A stretch of 64,000 nucleotides of DNA from an uncultured Chloroflexia bacterium (GCA_963825525.1 CAWGTN010000001.1:64001-128000), one strand, 5' to 3'; counted from the first letter of the stretch, positions 1 through 9,406 are shown. The notes: a model not told the origin generated them from the sequence alone. Made by a program: numbers and translations.

Positions 1-950
1 TCGGCGATGAGTCGAGCGCGCACCGTCGGTGCGGTCACGTCGCTGACCTCGCCCTGCAGCCCGGCCAGGGCGATGACTGCGCAGTCGGTCGCAAAGAGAT
101 CGGCCTTCGAAATCGGCTCTGTGTCAGCCAGCCCGCGGATCGTGTCGCGCTCACGCATCCAAAGCACGGCGGCGGCCACGTCGATCCCGGATGCGTTCAT
201 GACACCCTCCGCGTCGTCGCCGATGGCCACGATCACGGCGCCCGCCGCGTGGAGCTCTTCAGCGAGGGTCATGCCAACGCGGCCGAACCCCTGGATGGCA
301 ACCCGCGTCCCTTCCAGTGTGCCGTTGGCGGTGGCGATGCAGCGCAGCGCACCGCGAGCCGTGGCGCTCCGACGCCCGCGTGTGCCTCCCACCGACATCG
401 GCTTGCCGATGACGGAGGCGGCGACAGTGTGACCGCGGTGCATCGAGAAGGTGTCCATCATCCATGCCATGGTCTGCGAGCCGGTATTGACGTCAGGCGA
501 CGGAATGTCGCTGCTGGGTCCGAGCAGGGGGCCGATCTCGGTGGCGAAGCGTCGCGTGAGCCCCTGCCGCTCCTGCTCGCTGAGCCGCCGGGGGTTGACC
601 CGCACCCCTCCCGCCGCCCCACCGAACGGGATGTGAACGAGCGCGGCCTTCCAGGTGTTGAGCATGGCCAGCGCGCGGACCTCGTCGAGATCGAGGTTCG
701 GCACGTAGCGCACGCCGCCCGAGACGGGTCCGCGGTTCACGTTGTGGTGCACGCGATAGCCCGTGTAGACCATGACCCGGCCATCCTCGTGGGTGACCGG
801 GAAGTTGACCGTCAGCTCCCGCTTCGGGACCCGCAGGACGCGATGCATCCCCTCGTCGAGGTGAAGCCGGTCGGCGGCCGCATCCAGCTCGGCCTGGGTC
901 GTGGTCCAGATGTTGTCGGCGCGTGCCGCGCCTGGATTCGGGGACGCCAT
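1..950 (-). CDS. Glu/Leu/Phe/Val dehydrogenase-family paralog, probably non-catalytic (3' end runs off the window)
   Basis: Manual translation from ATG at 950: MASPNPGAARADNIW...RVLRVPKRELTVNFPV...YTGYRVHHNVNRGPVSGGVRY...NTWKAALVHIPFGGAAGG...DIPSPDVNT...VAIQGFGRVG. Collinear with the GDH at 27378. Confidence 0.9.
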   Translation of the reverse strand, partial: MASPNPGAARADNIWTTTQAELDAAADRLHLDEGMHRVLRVPKRELTVNFPVTHEDGRVMVYTGYRVHHNVNRGPVSGGVRYVPNLDLDEVRALAMLNTWKAALVHIPFGGAAGGVRVNPRRLSEQERQGLTRRFATEIGPLLGPSSDIPSPDVNTGSQTMAWMMDTFSMHRGHTVAASVIGKPMSVGGTRGRRSATARGALRCIATANGTLEGTRVAIQGFGRVGMTLAEELHAAGAVIVAIGDDAEGVMNASGIDVAAAVLWMRERDTIRGLADTEPISKADLFATDCAVIALAGLQGEVSDVTAPTVRARLIA

Positions 951-995
951 GGGCTCAGCCTAGCGCGAACCGCGGGCCGCGGAATGCCCGTCTCG

Positions 996-2174
996 TCAGA
1001 AGCCCTGGATGCCGGCGTACCACTTGCGCAACGTCACGTCGCCGATCTCGACCCAGGCGTCATTCATGGCCCAGGTCGCGTCCAGCCATTGCCGAGCCTC
1101 GTCGAGCTCCGCCGGCTCGAGAACCTGGTTCAGGAGCCATTCGAACTCGTCAACCGCGATCGGCCGATCGAACGCCTGTCCATCGTGATCGGTGATCTGC
1201 ATCGAGAAGCCGCTCGGCTCCCCGTTCGACTCTCCGAACGCCACGACCCTCTCCGCCTGTCGGGTCGGCTGGTCGACGCACGTCCAGCCGGCTTGGACCA
1301 CCCCGTCGGTGGCCGTGTGCGCTCGTTCACAGGCCATGCCGAGGGCGGTGAAGCGGCGGGCAAGCTCTGCGGCATCGCGAGTGGGAGGGCGGGCAAGCTG
1401 CGCTGACGCTGACGCCGTCGCCGATGGCATGGCCGTCGGGTCCGGAGACACGAGCTCGCCCAACCCAGGCGACGGACGACTGATCACCGATGCGAGGACG
1501 ATCACTCCGACCCCGATGCCGCCCACGATCAGCGCGGCGACCGGACGCCGACCACGCGCGACGTGCAACGCCGCGACGGCCGCGGACAGGATGGTCACCA
1601 GCAGAGCTCCCGCCACGAGCGGTGCGGACCACCCTGATGTGGGGCGGACAGGGGCCTCGGAAGCCGATGCCGACGCCCTTGGCGCGGGGGACCCCGTCGG
1701 GTCGGGCGCGATCGCGATCGGGCGGATGTCGCGGAGGTCGGCGAAATCGCTGCGGACCGCGATCGGATCGGTCAGCCCGATGAGCTGCTCGGCCTCCTGC
1801 CGGCTGTGGATGGGCGTCGGGCGCACGCACGGGCCTGACGCCAGGCTCCCGTCCCGCTGGGTCGAGACCACGAACGCGTAGGTTCCCGCCTCGATAGGCC
1901 GCGCCTGGAAGGTGATCCAGTCGTGCGTGATCGTGACGACTGGCGGGAGGTCGTCGCCCCGCAGGACAGCGTCCACCGTGAGCGTGAGCTCGACCACCTG
2001 CGTCGCATCGGCGGCATCTTCCAGCGTGCCGATGAAGATCGTCGCGTCCTCGGCATCGGGCGGCCCGCCCTGGAGAAGCGTCGACACCGAGGTGAGAACG
2101 CAGCTCGTGCCCACGCCGTGGGCCGGCAGCGCCAGCCATGCCACCAGAACTGCGATCCCCACCACCGTCCGCAT
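996..2174 (-). CDS. Hypothetical membrane-anchored/secreted protein
   Basis: 392-aa ORF with N-terminal signal-like segment, two central hydrophobic helices and Pro/Ser/Ala linkers. TAGACT box lies 6 nt upstream of the ATG. Confidence 0.7.
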   Translation of the reverse strand: MRTVVGIAVLVAWLALPAHGVGTSCVLTSVSTLLQGGPPDAEDATIFIGTLEDAADATQVVELTLTVDAVLRGDDLPPVVTITHDWITFQARPIEAGTYAFVVSTQRDGSLASGPCVRPTPIHSRQEAEQLIGLTDPIAVRSDFADLRDIRPIAIAPDPTGSPAPRASASASEAPVRPTSGWSAPLVAGALLVTILSAAVAALHVARGRRPVAALIVGGIGVGVIVLASVISRPSPGLGELVSPDPTAMPSATASASAQLARPPTRDAAELARRFTALGMACERAHTATDGVVQAGWTCVDQPTRQAERVVAFGESNGEPSGFSMQITDHDGQAFDRPIAVDEFEWLLNQVLEPAELDEARQWLDATWAMNDAWVEIGDVTLRKWYAGIQGF

Positions 2175-2286
2175 CGCCAGAGTCTAGGTGGGGTGGCAAG
2201 ATATGCCCGTCCAATCCAGATCGTCGCGCCGGCTGCCTGCATATTTGCCGATCGGCGCGTCACCGCATCCCAGAGGAGGACCGCCG

Positions 2287-3225
2287 ATGGCGCCGCGCGT
2301 CATGACCGTCTCCGGACCGATTCCACCCGAGAAGCTCGGCTTCACGCTTCCCCACGAGCACACCGCCATCAGCCTGTGGCACATCGCCAACCGCTGGGAC
2401 TACTGGGAGCTCACGCCCGATGACGATCTGATCATCGGCGAGCTGAGCGACTTTCGACGGCGAGGGGGAGGCACCGTTGTCGACCTCACCCTGCCGGGGG
2501 TGGGCCGCGACCCGGACCGGCTGCGCCGCCTGGCGAGCGCCACCGGGCTGAATATCGTGATGGGGTCCGGATGGTATCGGGAGGCGTATTACCCCGCCGA
2601 GATGAACGTCGACCGGCGCAGCGTCGACGACCTGGCGGCGGAGATCATCGGCGAGTTCGAGAACGGCGTCGGGGGAAGCGGCATCCGGCCCGGGATCATC
2701 GGCGAGATCGGCACCGACAAGCCGTGGGTCAGCGCGCGGGAAGAACGCGTGCACCGGGCCGCCGCCCGGGCCTCGAAGGCGACCGGCATGGCGATCACCA
2801 CGCACGGCGTTCAGTCTGCCGTCGGGCTGGCGCAGCTGCGCATCTTCACCGAGGAGGGCGTCGATCCCTCGCGCGTCGTCATCGGCCATGCCGACTCGCA
2901 CCACGACCTCGACTTCTACCTCGAGGTGCTCGATGGCGGGGCAAACCTGCAGTTCGATTTCCTGGGCCACCGGTTCGCAGCCGAGGAGGCCCTCGAGCCG
3001 CGCCTGGTCGAGACGATCGTCGAGCTGCTGGAGCGGGGCTATGGGCCGCAGATCCTCCTCAGCCAGGACGTCTGCCACAACCGCCAGCTCAAGGTCAACG
3101 GCGGCTTCGGCTACGTGTACCTCCAGCAGCATTTCCTGCCGACGCTGCGCACGGCCGCGGTGGGGGAGGGCGAGATCCAGCAGATGACCTTCGAGAATCC
3201 CGCACGGATCCTCACGATTCCCTGA
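2287..3225 (+). CDS. Phosphotriesterase-family (Php-like) amidohydrolase
   Basis: TLPHEH, GSGWY, GIIGEIG (Glu bridging ligand as in E. coli Php), TTHG, IGHAD and LSQD motifs. GAGGAGG RBS before ATG 2287. Confidence 0.9.
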   Translation: MAPRVMTVSGPIPPEKLGFTLPHEHTAISLWHIANRWDYWELTPDDDLIIGELSDFRRRGGGTVVDLTLPGVGRDPDRLRRLASATGLNIVMGSGWYREAYYPAEMNVDRRSVDDLAAEIIGEFENGVGGSGIRPGIIGEIGTDKPWVSAREERVHRAAARASKATGMAITTHGVQSAVGLAQLRIFTEEGVDPSRVVIGHADSHHDLDFYLEVLDGGANLQFDFLGHRFAAEEALEPRLVETIVELLERGYGPQILLSQDVCHNRQLKVNGGFGYVYLQQHFLPTLRTAAVGEGEIQQMTFENPARILTIP

Positions 3226-3253
3226 GGACGTTGGGTGCCAGTTGCATGGGCGT

Positions 3254-3434
3254 TCGATGTATGAGTCGAAATCGCGCGCAGGGCGGGTACTACGCGCTGA
3301 TGCTGCGATATATCGAGCGGCTGGGAGCGTGAAGCGCGCCGCGGCGTGCTCGTCACGTGTGCCGGCGCTCGATAGATCGCGGGAACCGCACGCGGCCCGG
3401 CCCTCCGGTGAACATCCCTCGAAATATCGCGCAG
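3254..3434. repeat. Intergenic cluster of imperfect TCGA(A/T)ATATCGC(G)CAG-like motifs forming an inverted repeat
   Basis: Copies at 3266-3281, 3303-3316 (reverse), 3369-3382 and 3419-3434. 3303-3319 pairs with 3366-3382 at 15/17 positions. Confidence 0.55.
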
Positions 3435-3474
3435 CCCCCGGGTTGTGGCATGTCACGCGTCCATACTTCGGCCC

Positions 3475-4503
3475 ATGCCGCCGTCACGCGACCCGATCAC
3501 CGATCTGAAGCGGATCGCCTTCCTGCTCGAGTCTGCCCAGGAGCCGAGCTACCGGGTCCGGGCGTTCCGCAGCGCTGCCGCCACCATGGCGCGCATCGGA
3601 GCCGATGAGCTCGCCGCTCGGGCAGCCGCAGGAACGCTACGTGAGCTGACGGGCGTCGGTGAAGTGACCGAGCGGACGATCCTCGAGAGCCTGCGCGGCG
3701 AGGAGCCGGTGTATCTGCGCCGGCTGGAGTCCACGGAGGGGAAGCCGATGGCCGAGGGCGCCGCCGCGCTCCTGGACGCCCTCCGTGGCGATTGCCACGT
3801 CCACACCGAGGCATCGGACGGAGGCGCAAGCATCCGGGAGATGGCCGAGGTGGCGATTGAGCTCGGGCACGCGTACGTGGTCATCACCGACCACTCCCCG
3901 CGGCTGACCGTCGCGAATGGGCTGTCGGCCGAGCGCCTTGAAGCGCAGCTCGACGAGATCCGCGAGCTCAACGCCGAGCTGGCACCGTTCCGGATCCTCA
4001 CCGGGATCGAGGTCGACATCAACGAGGACGGCTCACTCGACCAGGAACCCGAGCTGTTGATGCGACTCGACGTGGTCGTCGGCAGCATTCATTCGGCCCT
4101 GCGCTCCGAGTCACGCGCCATGACCGTTCGCATGGTGACGGCGCTCGCCAACCCCAACCTCGACATCCTTGGTCATTGCACCGGCCGGATGGTGACCGGC
4201 AAGCGGAAGCGCCCCGAGTCGGCGTTCGACGCGGAGATCGTGTTCGCCGCCGCCGACCGCTTCGACAAGGCGGTCGAGATCAACTCGCGTCCGGAGCGCC
4301 TCGATCCGCCGAAACGGCTCCTGCGGCTGGCGATCGAGGCCGGCTGCCGCGTCGCGATCGATTCGGACGCTCACGCCCCGGGACAGATGGCATGGCTGGT
4401 CAACGGCTGCGAGCGCGCGTTCCTGTGCGGCGTGACGCCGGCCATGATCGTCAATGCGCTGGCGGCGGACGACCTCGTGGCCTGGACGTCGGCCCATCGG
4501 TGA
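3475..4503 (+). CDS. PHP-domain protein with N-terminal PolX-like helix-hairpin-helix (no polymerase core)
   Basis: YRVRAFRSAA/LTGVGE HhH, then GDCHVHTEASDG, ITDHS, GIEVDI, LGHCTGR, EINS and DSDAH PHP motifs. Confidence 0.88.
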   Translation: MPPSRDPITDLKRIAFLLESAQEPSYRVRAFRSAAATMARIGADELAARAAAGTLRELTGVGEVTERTILESLRGEEPVYLRRLESTEGKPMAEGAAALLDALRGDCHVHTEASDGGASIREMAEVAIELGHAYVVITDHSPRLTVANGLSAERLEAQLDEIRELNAELAPFRILTGIEVDINEDGSLDQEPELLMRLDVVVGSIHSALRSESRAMTVRMVTALANPNLDILGHCTGRMVTGKRKRPESAFDAEIVFAAADRFDKAVEINSRPERLDPPKRLLRLAIEAGCRVAIDSDAHAPGQMAWLVNGCERAFLCGVTPAMIVNALAADDLVAWTSAHR

Positions 4504-4512
4504 GGTGGCGGT

Positions 4513-4527
4513 TGGCGCAGGATCTGC
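4513..4527 (+). promoter_or_regulatory. Candidate sigma-54 -24/-12 promoter of the dodecin gene
   Basis: TGGCGCAGGATCTGC (GG-N10-GC), intergenic, about 55 nt upstream of the ATG. Confidence 0.45.
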
Positions 4528-4581
4528 ACTCGGAAGGTCGGGCGCATACTGAAGGCCCACCCGCAAGGAGAATGATCTGCA

Positions 4582-4785
4582 ATGTCCGTCGCCAAGGTAA
4601 CCGAGCTTTCCTGCACCTCGAACGACAGCTTCGAGGACGCCGTCCGCCAGGGGATCGATCGCGCCAGCAAGACGCTGCGCGGCGTGAAGAGCGCATGGGT
4701 CAAGGAGCAGCGTGTGAACGTGGGCCGCGATGGGTCCGTCGAGTTCCAGGCCAACATCCTGGTGACCTTCATCCTCGAGGACTGA
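4582..4785 (+). CDS. Dodecin-family flavin-binding protein
   Basis: 67 aa: SVAKVTEL..S..SFEDAVRQGIDRASKTLRGVKSAWVKEQ...VTFILE. AAGGAG RBS. Confidence 0.9.
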   Translation: MSVAKVTELSCTSNDSFEDAVRQGIDRASKTLRGVKSAWVKEQRVNVGRDGSVEFQANILVTFILED

Positions 4786-4837
4786 CTCCGGGTAGCCGAT
4801 GCGGCCGGCGCGCGTTTCGCGCCGGCCGTGGTATCAC

Positions 4838-5803
4838 CTACGCCTCGGTCGACCCGTCGTCTGCCAGGCCGATGACGCCCTTGTCGCGCACGAACCGCGA
4901 GCGGTACGTCGGGTTGCTCACGCGCTGGCTCACCGTCTTGGCGTCGAGTGGCTTGCCGCTCCGTGGAACCTGGTAGCGACCGCGCTCGACGATGGCGGCG
5001 GCGAGATCCGCCGCTGGCATCGCCCCCCGCTCGCGGATCACCTCGATCATCTCGTCATGCAGGGCGACGCGGTCCGTGCTCGGCGCGGCGGTCGCACGTC
5101 GCGGTCCACGGGGCTTCTTTGTCGTCGCCTCCCCTGCCGATTCGTCGGCAGAGACAGCCTCGGCCTGGGCGGACGGGGACTCGGATTGCGGCTCGGGGGA
5201 GGCCGCTCGCTGCGGCTTGGTGCCGCCGGCGTCCGACTCGAGGGCGGCGATTCGCGCGTCGAGCGCCGCGACGCGCTCCAGCAGCGTGGGTCCATCCCCA
5301 CCGGATTCGGCCACATCGACGCCGCCGCGCGCCGCGTCGAGTCGCTCCTCGACCCACTGGCGAACCAGGTCGCCGGGTCGAGTACCGGCCTCGCCGGCAA
5401 GGTGCTTCAGCGTGCTGACCCGTCGAGGATCCAGCCGGATCGACATCGCTCCCTCGTCGGGCGGACGGTCGCCACCCGGACGCGGCTGATACGGCCGATC
5501 TGCGCCAGGACGCGGCTGAAACGGCCGATCCCCGCCGGGACGCGGCTGGTATGGCCGGTCGCCACCGGGACGCGCCTGGTATGGCCGATCCCCGCCGGGA
5601 CGCGGCTGGTATGGCCGATCCCCGCCGGGACGCGGCTGGTATGGCCGGTCGCCACCGGGACGCGGCTGATATGGCCGATCGCCACCGGGGCGGCCGCGCG
5701 GCTGCCAGTCGCCCCCGCGTTGCGGCGGTCGATCTGGACGGTCGTTTCGGTCGCGATCGGGTCGATCGGGACGGCGGTCTGGGCCGCGTCGGTTAAAGCT
5801 CAT
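4838..5803 (-). CDS. Putative DNA-binding protein: N-terminal PGGDRPYQPR repeats, RHH-like domain, coiled coil, C-terminal winged-helix-like domain
   Basis: Start MSFNRRGPDRR at 5803. MSIRLDPRRVSTLKHLAGEAGTRPGDLVRQWVEERL resembles CopG/RHH. C-terminal LHDEMIEVIRERG..AADLAAAI..RGRY...TVSQRVS..YRSRF resembles HARE-HTH. Confidence 0.7.
   Translation of the reverse strand: MSFNRRGPDRRPDRPDRDRNDRPDRPPQRGGDWQPRGRPGGDRPYQPRPGGDRPYQPRPGGDRPYQPRPGGDRPYQARPGGDRPYQPRPGGDRPFQPRPGADRPYQPRPGGDRPPDEGAMSIRLDPRRVSTLKHLAGEAGTRPGDLVRQWVEERLDAARGGVDVAESGGDGPTLLERVAALDARIAALESDAGGTKPQRAASPEPQSESPSAQAEAVSADESAGEATTKKPRGPRRATAAPSTDRVALHDEMIEVIRERGAMPAADLAAAIVERGRYQVPRSGKPLDAKTVSQRVSNPTYRSRFVRDKGVIGLADDGSTEA
5460..5689 (-). 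repeat. In-frame 30-bp tandem repeat (7 full units plus a partial) encoding PGGDRPYQPR
   Basis: Repeating + strand unit close to atggccgatccccgccgggacgcggctggt, with synonymous variation and no spacers. Confidence 0.92.
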
Positions 5804-5849
5804 CGTGTCCCACGATAGCCCTTCAGCCTGTCGGTGGCTACCGACGCAC

Positions 5850-7577
5850 TCAGAACGAGCCCGATCCGCCGCCTCCACCCGAGCTGCCACCGCCGGAGAA
5901 TCCGCCACCACCGCTGGATGAGGACGACGAGGACGGTGGGGTCGATCCGACGCTCCCGAGGGCGTCGAACATGCCGCCGATGTCCGGGATGGCGGACCCC
6001 GAGAAGATGCTTCCGGAACCGTAGCTGACACCGCCGCCGAGGTCGGCGGCTGCCGCCGGGGACCATGACGATCCCGACGATGAGCCGATCCAGAACGGGT
6101 AGTAGGCGCCGGCCGGCGAACCCGTTGCGGCGCGTTGCTCCTCGAGTCCGCGCGCCAGCAGTGACGCGACCTCGTCATGGAGGCCCAGTGCCATTCCCCA
6201 CACCACCGCCTTGTCCGGCGTGTCGGCCAACGTCGCCACCTCCGGCTGCTCCGTCACCTCGCGCATGGACCGAGCCTGCTCCATGGTCTTCTGAAGGGTG
6301 CGCCGATATGCCTTCAGCATCGCGTCCACGTAGGCGCCCTGCGATGACCGCTTGCTCATCGCCCGCCCGAACGCGATGGTGCCCAGCCCTCCGAGGATCG
6401 TGGCACCTCCAGCCAGGACCGCGCCGCTCATCGGCACGATGAACCCGATGCCGATGATGACCGCGCCGGCCACGAGGATGAGGATCCCGGTCCGCGTGCC
6501 GCGGCTGATGGCCCTCGAGGGCAGCTCGGTGAACCAGCCCAGTCTCATGGCTTCCTTCTCGAGCACCTTCTCGATGCTGCCCATCTTCGAGTTGACCCGC
6601 CACAGACGCTCGCGGCTCAGGCGCGTTGACGTCCCTGCCAGAGTGCGGATCGCGTCCCACGCCTTGCGCTCGGGAAGAGCCAGGCGATCGTCGTCGTCCT
6701 GGGCGGCCATCACCTCGATGGCCGGATCAGTCAGTGGATCAGGGTCTGCGTCGCTCCGCGCCGACGAGACCTGGTCGAGATTGTGGAACGCGATGCGACC
6801 GCTTGCCGCGAGCTCGGCGAGGATCGTGTTGGTGGCGTGACCGGTGGCACGGCCGGCGCGAACCACCGTTGCGAGCGCCGGCGTCATCTCCGCAGGTGGT
6901 CCGGCCATCAGGATTGAAGGGGAGTCGGTGAGCTCTGGATCGTCTCCCTGGCGGCGCCATCTCCACCACGCGCTCCCGAGCGTCAGGACCAGGATGAGCG
7001 GCGACCCGATCAGGCCGACGGCCGCGTTGACGACGCGACCGACGGTCAACGGGATCGTGTCGGGAGCCATGCGCTCCTGGATGGCCTCGATCGTGTTGCG
7101 CGTTGCCGCGTCCAGGTCCCCATCGGCCGCGCGCGGCACGAACGTGCTGTCGATGAGGCCGGTCAAGGTGTCCTCGTCGACGTGCTGCCGGATGAACCCC
7201 GACCCGCCGTACAGGCTCACCTTGCCGTTGATGAGGTTCGGCTGGAGCCCGACCAGCAGCACCAGGCCGTCGTCGAAGCCGGACCGCCCGATGCCCCATT
7301 GGTCGATGAGGGCGGCTGCCTTCGCCAGGTTCTCGTCCTCGGTGATGCCCGGGTCCACCTGGATGTAGACCACGATCTCGGCCCCGGTCTCGGCCTCGAC
7401 CGCATCGATGCGCGCCTCGAGGTCCGCGACCGTCTCAGGTTCCAGCACGCCGGGCTCGTCATACACGCTGCGTTCCGGCACAGGGTCGGGGAACGGAGGG
7501 CCGGCGGCGGCCACGGTCGCGACGAACGCGACCACGAGCAGCGGGGCAGCAGCGAGCGCCCGGAGCCATGCGTGCAT
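5850..7577 (-). CDS. TPM-domain + DUF2207-like membrane protein with Gly/Ser-rich tail
   Basis: VYDEPGVL..ETGAEIVV..WGIGRSGFDDGLVLLV (TPM), then PPAEMTPA, TM pairs, WGMALGL and a GGGFSGGGSSGGGGGSGSF tail. Confidence 0.85.
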   Translation of the reverse strand: MHAWLRALAAAPLLVVAFVATVAAAGPPFPDPVPERSVYDEPGVLEPETVADLEARIDAVEAETGAEIVVYIQVDPGITEDENLAKAAALIDQWGIGRSGFDDGLVLLVGLQPNLINGKVSLYGGSGFIRQHVDEDTLTGLIDSTFVPRAADGDLDAATRNTIEAIQERMAPDTIPLTVGRVVNAAVGLIGSPLILVLTLGSAWWRWRRQGDDPELTDSPSILMAGPPAEMTPALATVVRAGRATGHATNTILAELAASGRIAFHNLDQVSSARSDADPDPLTDPAIEVMAAQDDDDRLALPERKAWDAIRTLAGTSTRLSRERLWRVNSKMGSIEKVLEKEAMRLGWFTELPSRAISRGTRTGILILVAGAVIIGIGFIVPMSGAVLAGGATILGGLGTIAFGRAMSKRSSQGAYVDAMLKAYRRTLQKTMEQARSMREVTEQPEVATLADTPDKAVVWGMALGLHDEVASLLARGLEEQRAATGSPAGAYYPFWIGSSSGSSWSPAAAADLGGGVSYGSGSIFSGSAIPDIGGMFDALGSVGSTPPSSSSSSSGGGGFSGGGSSGGGGGSGSF

Positions 7578-7595
7578 GACGCGCAGGATAGCCTG

Positions 7596-7610
7596 TGGCA
7601 TCCTTCTTGC
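7596..7610 (+). promoter_or_regulatory. Sigma-54 -24/-12 promoter candidate
   Basis: TGGCATCCTTCTTGC matches TGGCAY-N5-TTGC exactly, in a divergent intergenic region. Confidence 0.6.
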
Positions 7611-7700
7611 GACAACCCACGTCGCAGCGGGCGGCCCTTCATTCCGCGCTGGCTTCTCCGCCATGCGCCCCCGCCCCCATCGGCACCGACATGCGTGCCG

Positions 7701-8300
7701 ATGCGCGAACCCTCCCTGGAGCACAATTCCGTGAATATTCGACTCGGGGCGCTCGCCGCCCTGCTCTTTGCTGCGGCCATCACGGCCGTGGCGACCGCCG
7801 GCGTCGCCGCCATGACGATCGTGGGCGATCCGCCGTCTCTTGCCCCGGTCTTCGACGGCTGGAGCGCGCGTGCCGAGGCCGGCACGCTCAGCGTGCCCGA
7901 CCCGGAGCGCGGCGAGGTGCTTGCCGGCACGCCGTCGCCATCGCCATCCGCGCCGGTTGCAACCTCAACCGTCGCGTCCCAACCGACCGAACCTCCCGCG
8001 CCACCGGCCACAGAGGTCACGGGGATCGGCAGCAACTACGCCGGCACAGCCGGCTGGATGGGCGAGGCCACCGTGGCCCTGCCCGGTGACCTGGGCGGGC
8101 GATACACCGGTGTCGTGAACGGTCACGTGACCGTCTGCGCCGATCGCTGCGTGCGCCTGCCCGTGGTCGACTGGTGCCAGTGCTACTGGGGCACGTCGGA
8201 CGAGCGCGTCGTGGACCTGTCGCACTCGGCGTGGGCGCTCGTCAGCGATGCGCCACTGGCCGAGGGGCTGATCGAGGTTCGCCTGGTGCTCGAGGGCTGA
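7701..8300 (+). CDS. Secreted/anchored protein with Pro/Thr linker and RlpA-like double-psi beta-barrel (expansin-like) domain
   Basis: Hydrophobic N-terminus, PSPSPSAPVAT linker, then GIGSNY...VTVC...VVDWC.C...RVVDLSHSAW...GLIEVRL. Start may instead be GTG 7731. Confidence 0.7.
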   Translation: MREPSLEHNSVNIRLGALAALLFAAAITAVATAGVAAMTIVGDPPSLAPVFDGWSARAEAGTLSVPDPERGEVLAGTPSPSPSAPVATSTVASQPTEPPAPPATEVTGIGSNYAGTAGWMGEATVALPGDLGGRYTGVVNGHVTVCADRCVRLPVVDWCQCYWGTSDERVVDLSHSAWALVSDAPLAEGLIEVRLVLEG

Positions 8301-8306
8301 TCCCGC

Positions 8307-8768
8307 TCAGGAGCAGGTGACGGTGATCGTGGTCGGCTCCACGTCCAGTCCCGGGATCGCCACCGACTGCTCGCTTGACTCCCCGCCGGGGATCTGGCGC
8401 GTGACGGTGCCCTGGGTTCGGATTCGCCGGCCGTCCGCGTCGAGGGCCACGAGCTGACACTTCGCCCTGCCGGGGTTCGTGCCCTCGTTGATGACCGTGT
8501 AGCTGATCGTGTAGCCCGGATCGGCCGGCTCGATCCCGACCACGGAGGCCGCGTACGGACCCACGCCCCGCAGTGACAGGCTGGCAGCGATCGCCAGTCC
8601 GACCACGGCCAGGACGATGGCCACCGCCACGGTCCCGTGATACTGGGACGCCGACGGCGCGGTCATGCCGGCGCGGTTGCAGAGCGGGCAGATCGACTCG
8701 TCGGGCCCGACCTCGCGGCCGCACTTGATGCAGCGCCGAGACTCCGCCGCGCCGTGGGTCTCCGTCAT
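8307..8768 (-). CDS. Zinc-ribbon + TM + small Ig-like hypothetical protein
   Basis: CIKC..CPLC N-terminus, one TM helix, YTVINEG..C beta-sandwich-like C-terminus. Confidence 0.75.
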   Translation of the reverse strand: MTETHGAAESRRCIKCGREVGPDESICPLCNRAGMTAPSASQYHGTVAVAIVLAVVGLAIAASLSLRGVGPYAASVVGIEPADPGYTISYTVINEGTNPGRAKCQLVALDADGRRIRTQGTVTRQIPGGESSEQSVAIPGLDVEPTTITVTCS

Positions 8769-9406
8769 CCCCGCTTCGACTCCGTCAGCCTCTCGCCGGC
8801 GGGAATCCGCACGTTGAGCCAGTTATCGCGCGGAGCCAGCGGACACGACCACTTGGCATCGTGCACGCACGATGGGTGATAGGCGTAGTTGAAGTCGAGG
8901 ACCATCTCGTCGCCGTCGAGCCCCAGGTCGGCGCCCTTGGCGGAATCCCACAGGTAGCGTCCGCCGCCATACGTCTCGCCGCCGCTGGTGCCGTCACGGA
9001 ACGGGATGAAGATCCCGCCGGAGTACTCGTCGAGCCAGAAGACGCTCAGGCGGCAGGGCTCGCCGCCGACCGAGAAGCTCACCCAGCCGATGCGCACGAT
9101 CGGAATCTGCGGCCCATCTCCGGATCTCGGGACATCCAGCGCGGGCGCGTCCGGATCGGGCTCGAATCGTGCCCGGATGTCGAGCTCGGGGTCATATCGG
9201 TAGTAGGCCAGGCCAAGGAAGTTGCGCCGCGCGTCCTCCGGGATGGCAGATGAGGGATGCGTGCCGAAGAGGCGGTCACGGGCGCTTCGGAAGGCCACGG
9301 CGCGCATCGGGCCCCGGCGTGCATCCGCGCGCAGCGTGGCGTAGAGCTCGGCAACCTGCCGGCGCCAATCGGCCAGGGCAAGGTGGGGCGAGGTCGGGTG
9401 GGTCAT
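8765..9406 (-). CDS. DUF1684 family protein
   Basis: LADWRR, FIPFRDGTSG.ETYGGGRYL, LDFNYAYHPSC...WSCPLAP..N.L..I.AGE motifs. Confidence 0.9.
   Translation of the reverse strand: MTHPTSPHLALADWRRQVAELYATLRADARRGPMRAVAFRSARDRLFGTHPSSAIPEDARRNFLGLAYYRYDPELDIRARFEPDPDAPALDVPRSGDGPQIPIVRIGWVSFSVGGEPCRLSVFWLDEYSGGIFIPFRDGTSGGETYGGGRYLWDSAKGADLGLDGDEMVLDFNYAYHPSCVHDAKWSCPLAPRDNWLNVRIPAGERLTESKRG

Noticed and set aside
5460-5689. 30-bp periodic repeat as a CRISPR array
   Set aside because: Units are contiguous with no unique spacers, are in frame, vary mostly at synonymous sites, and no cas genes are present.
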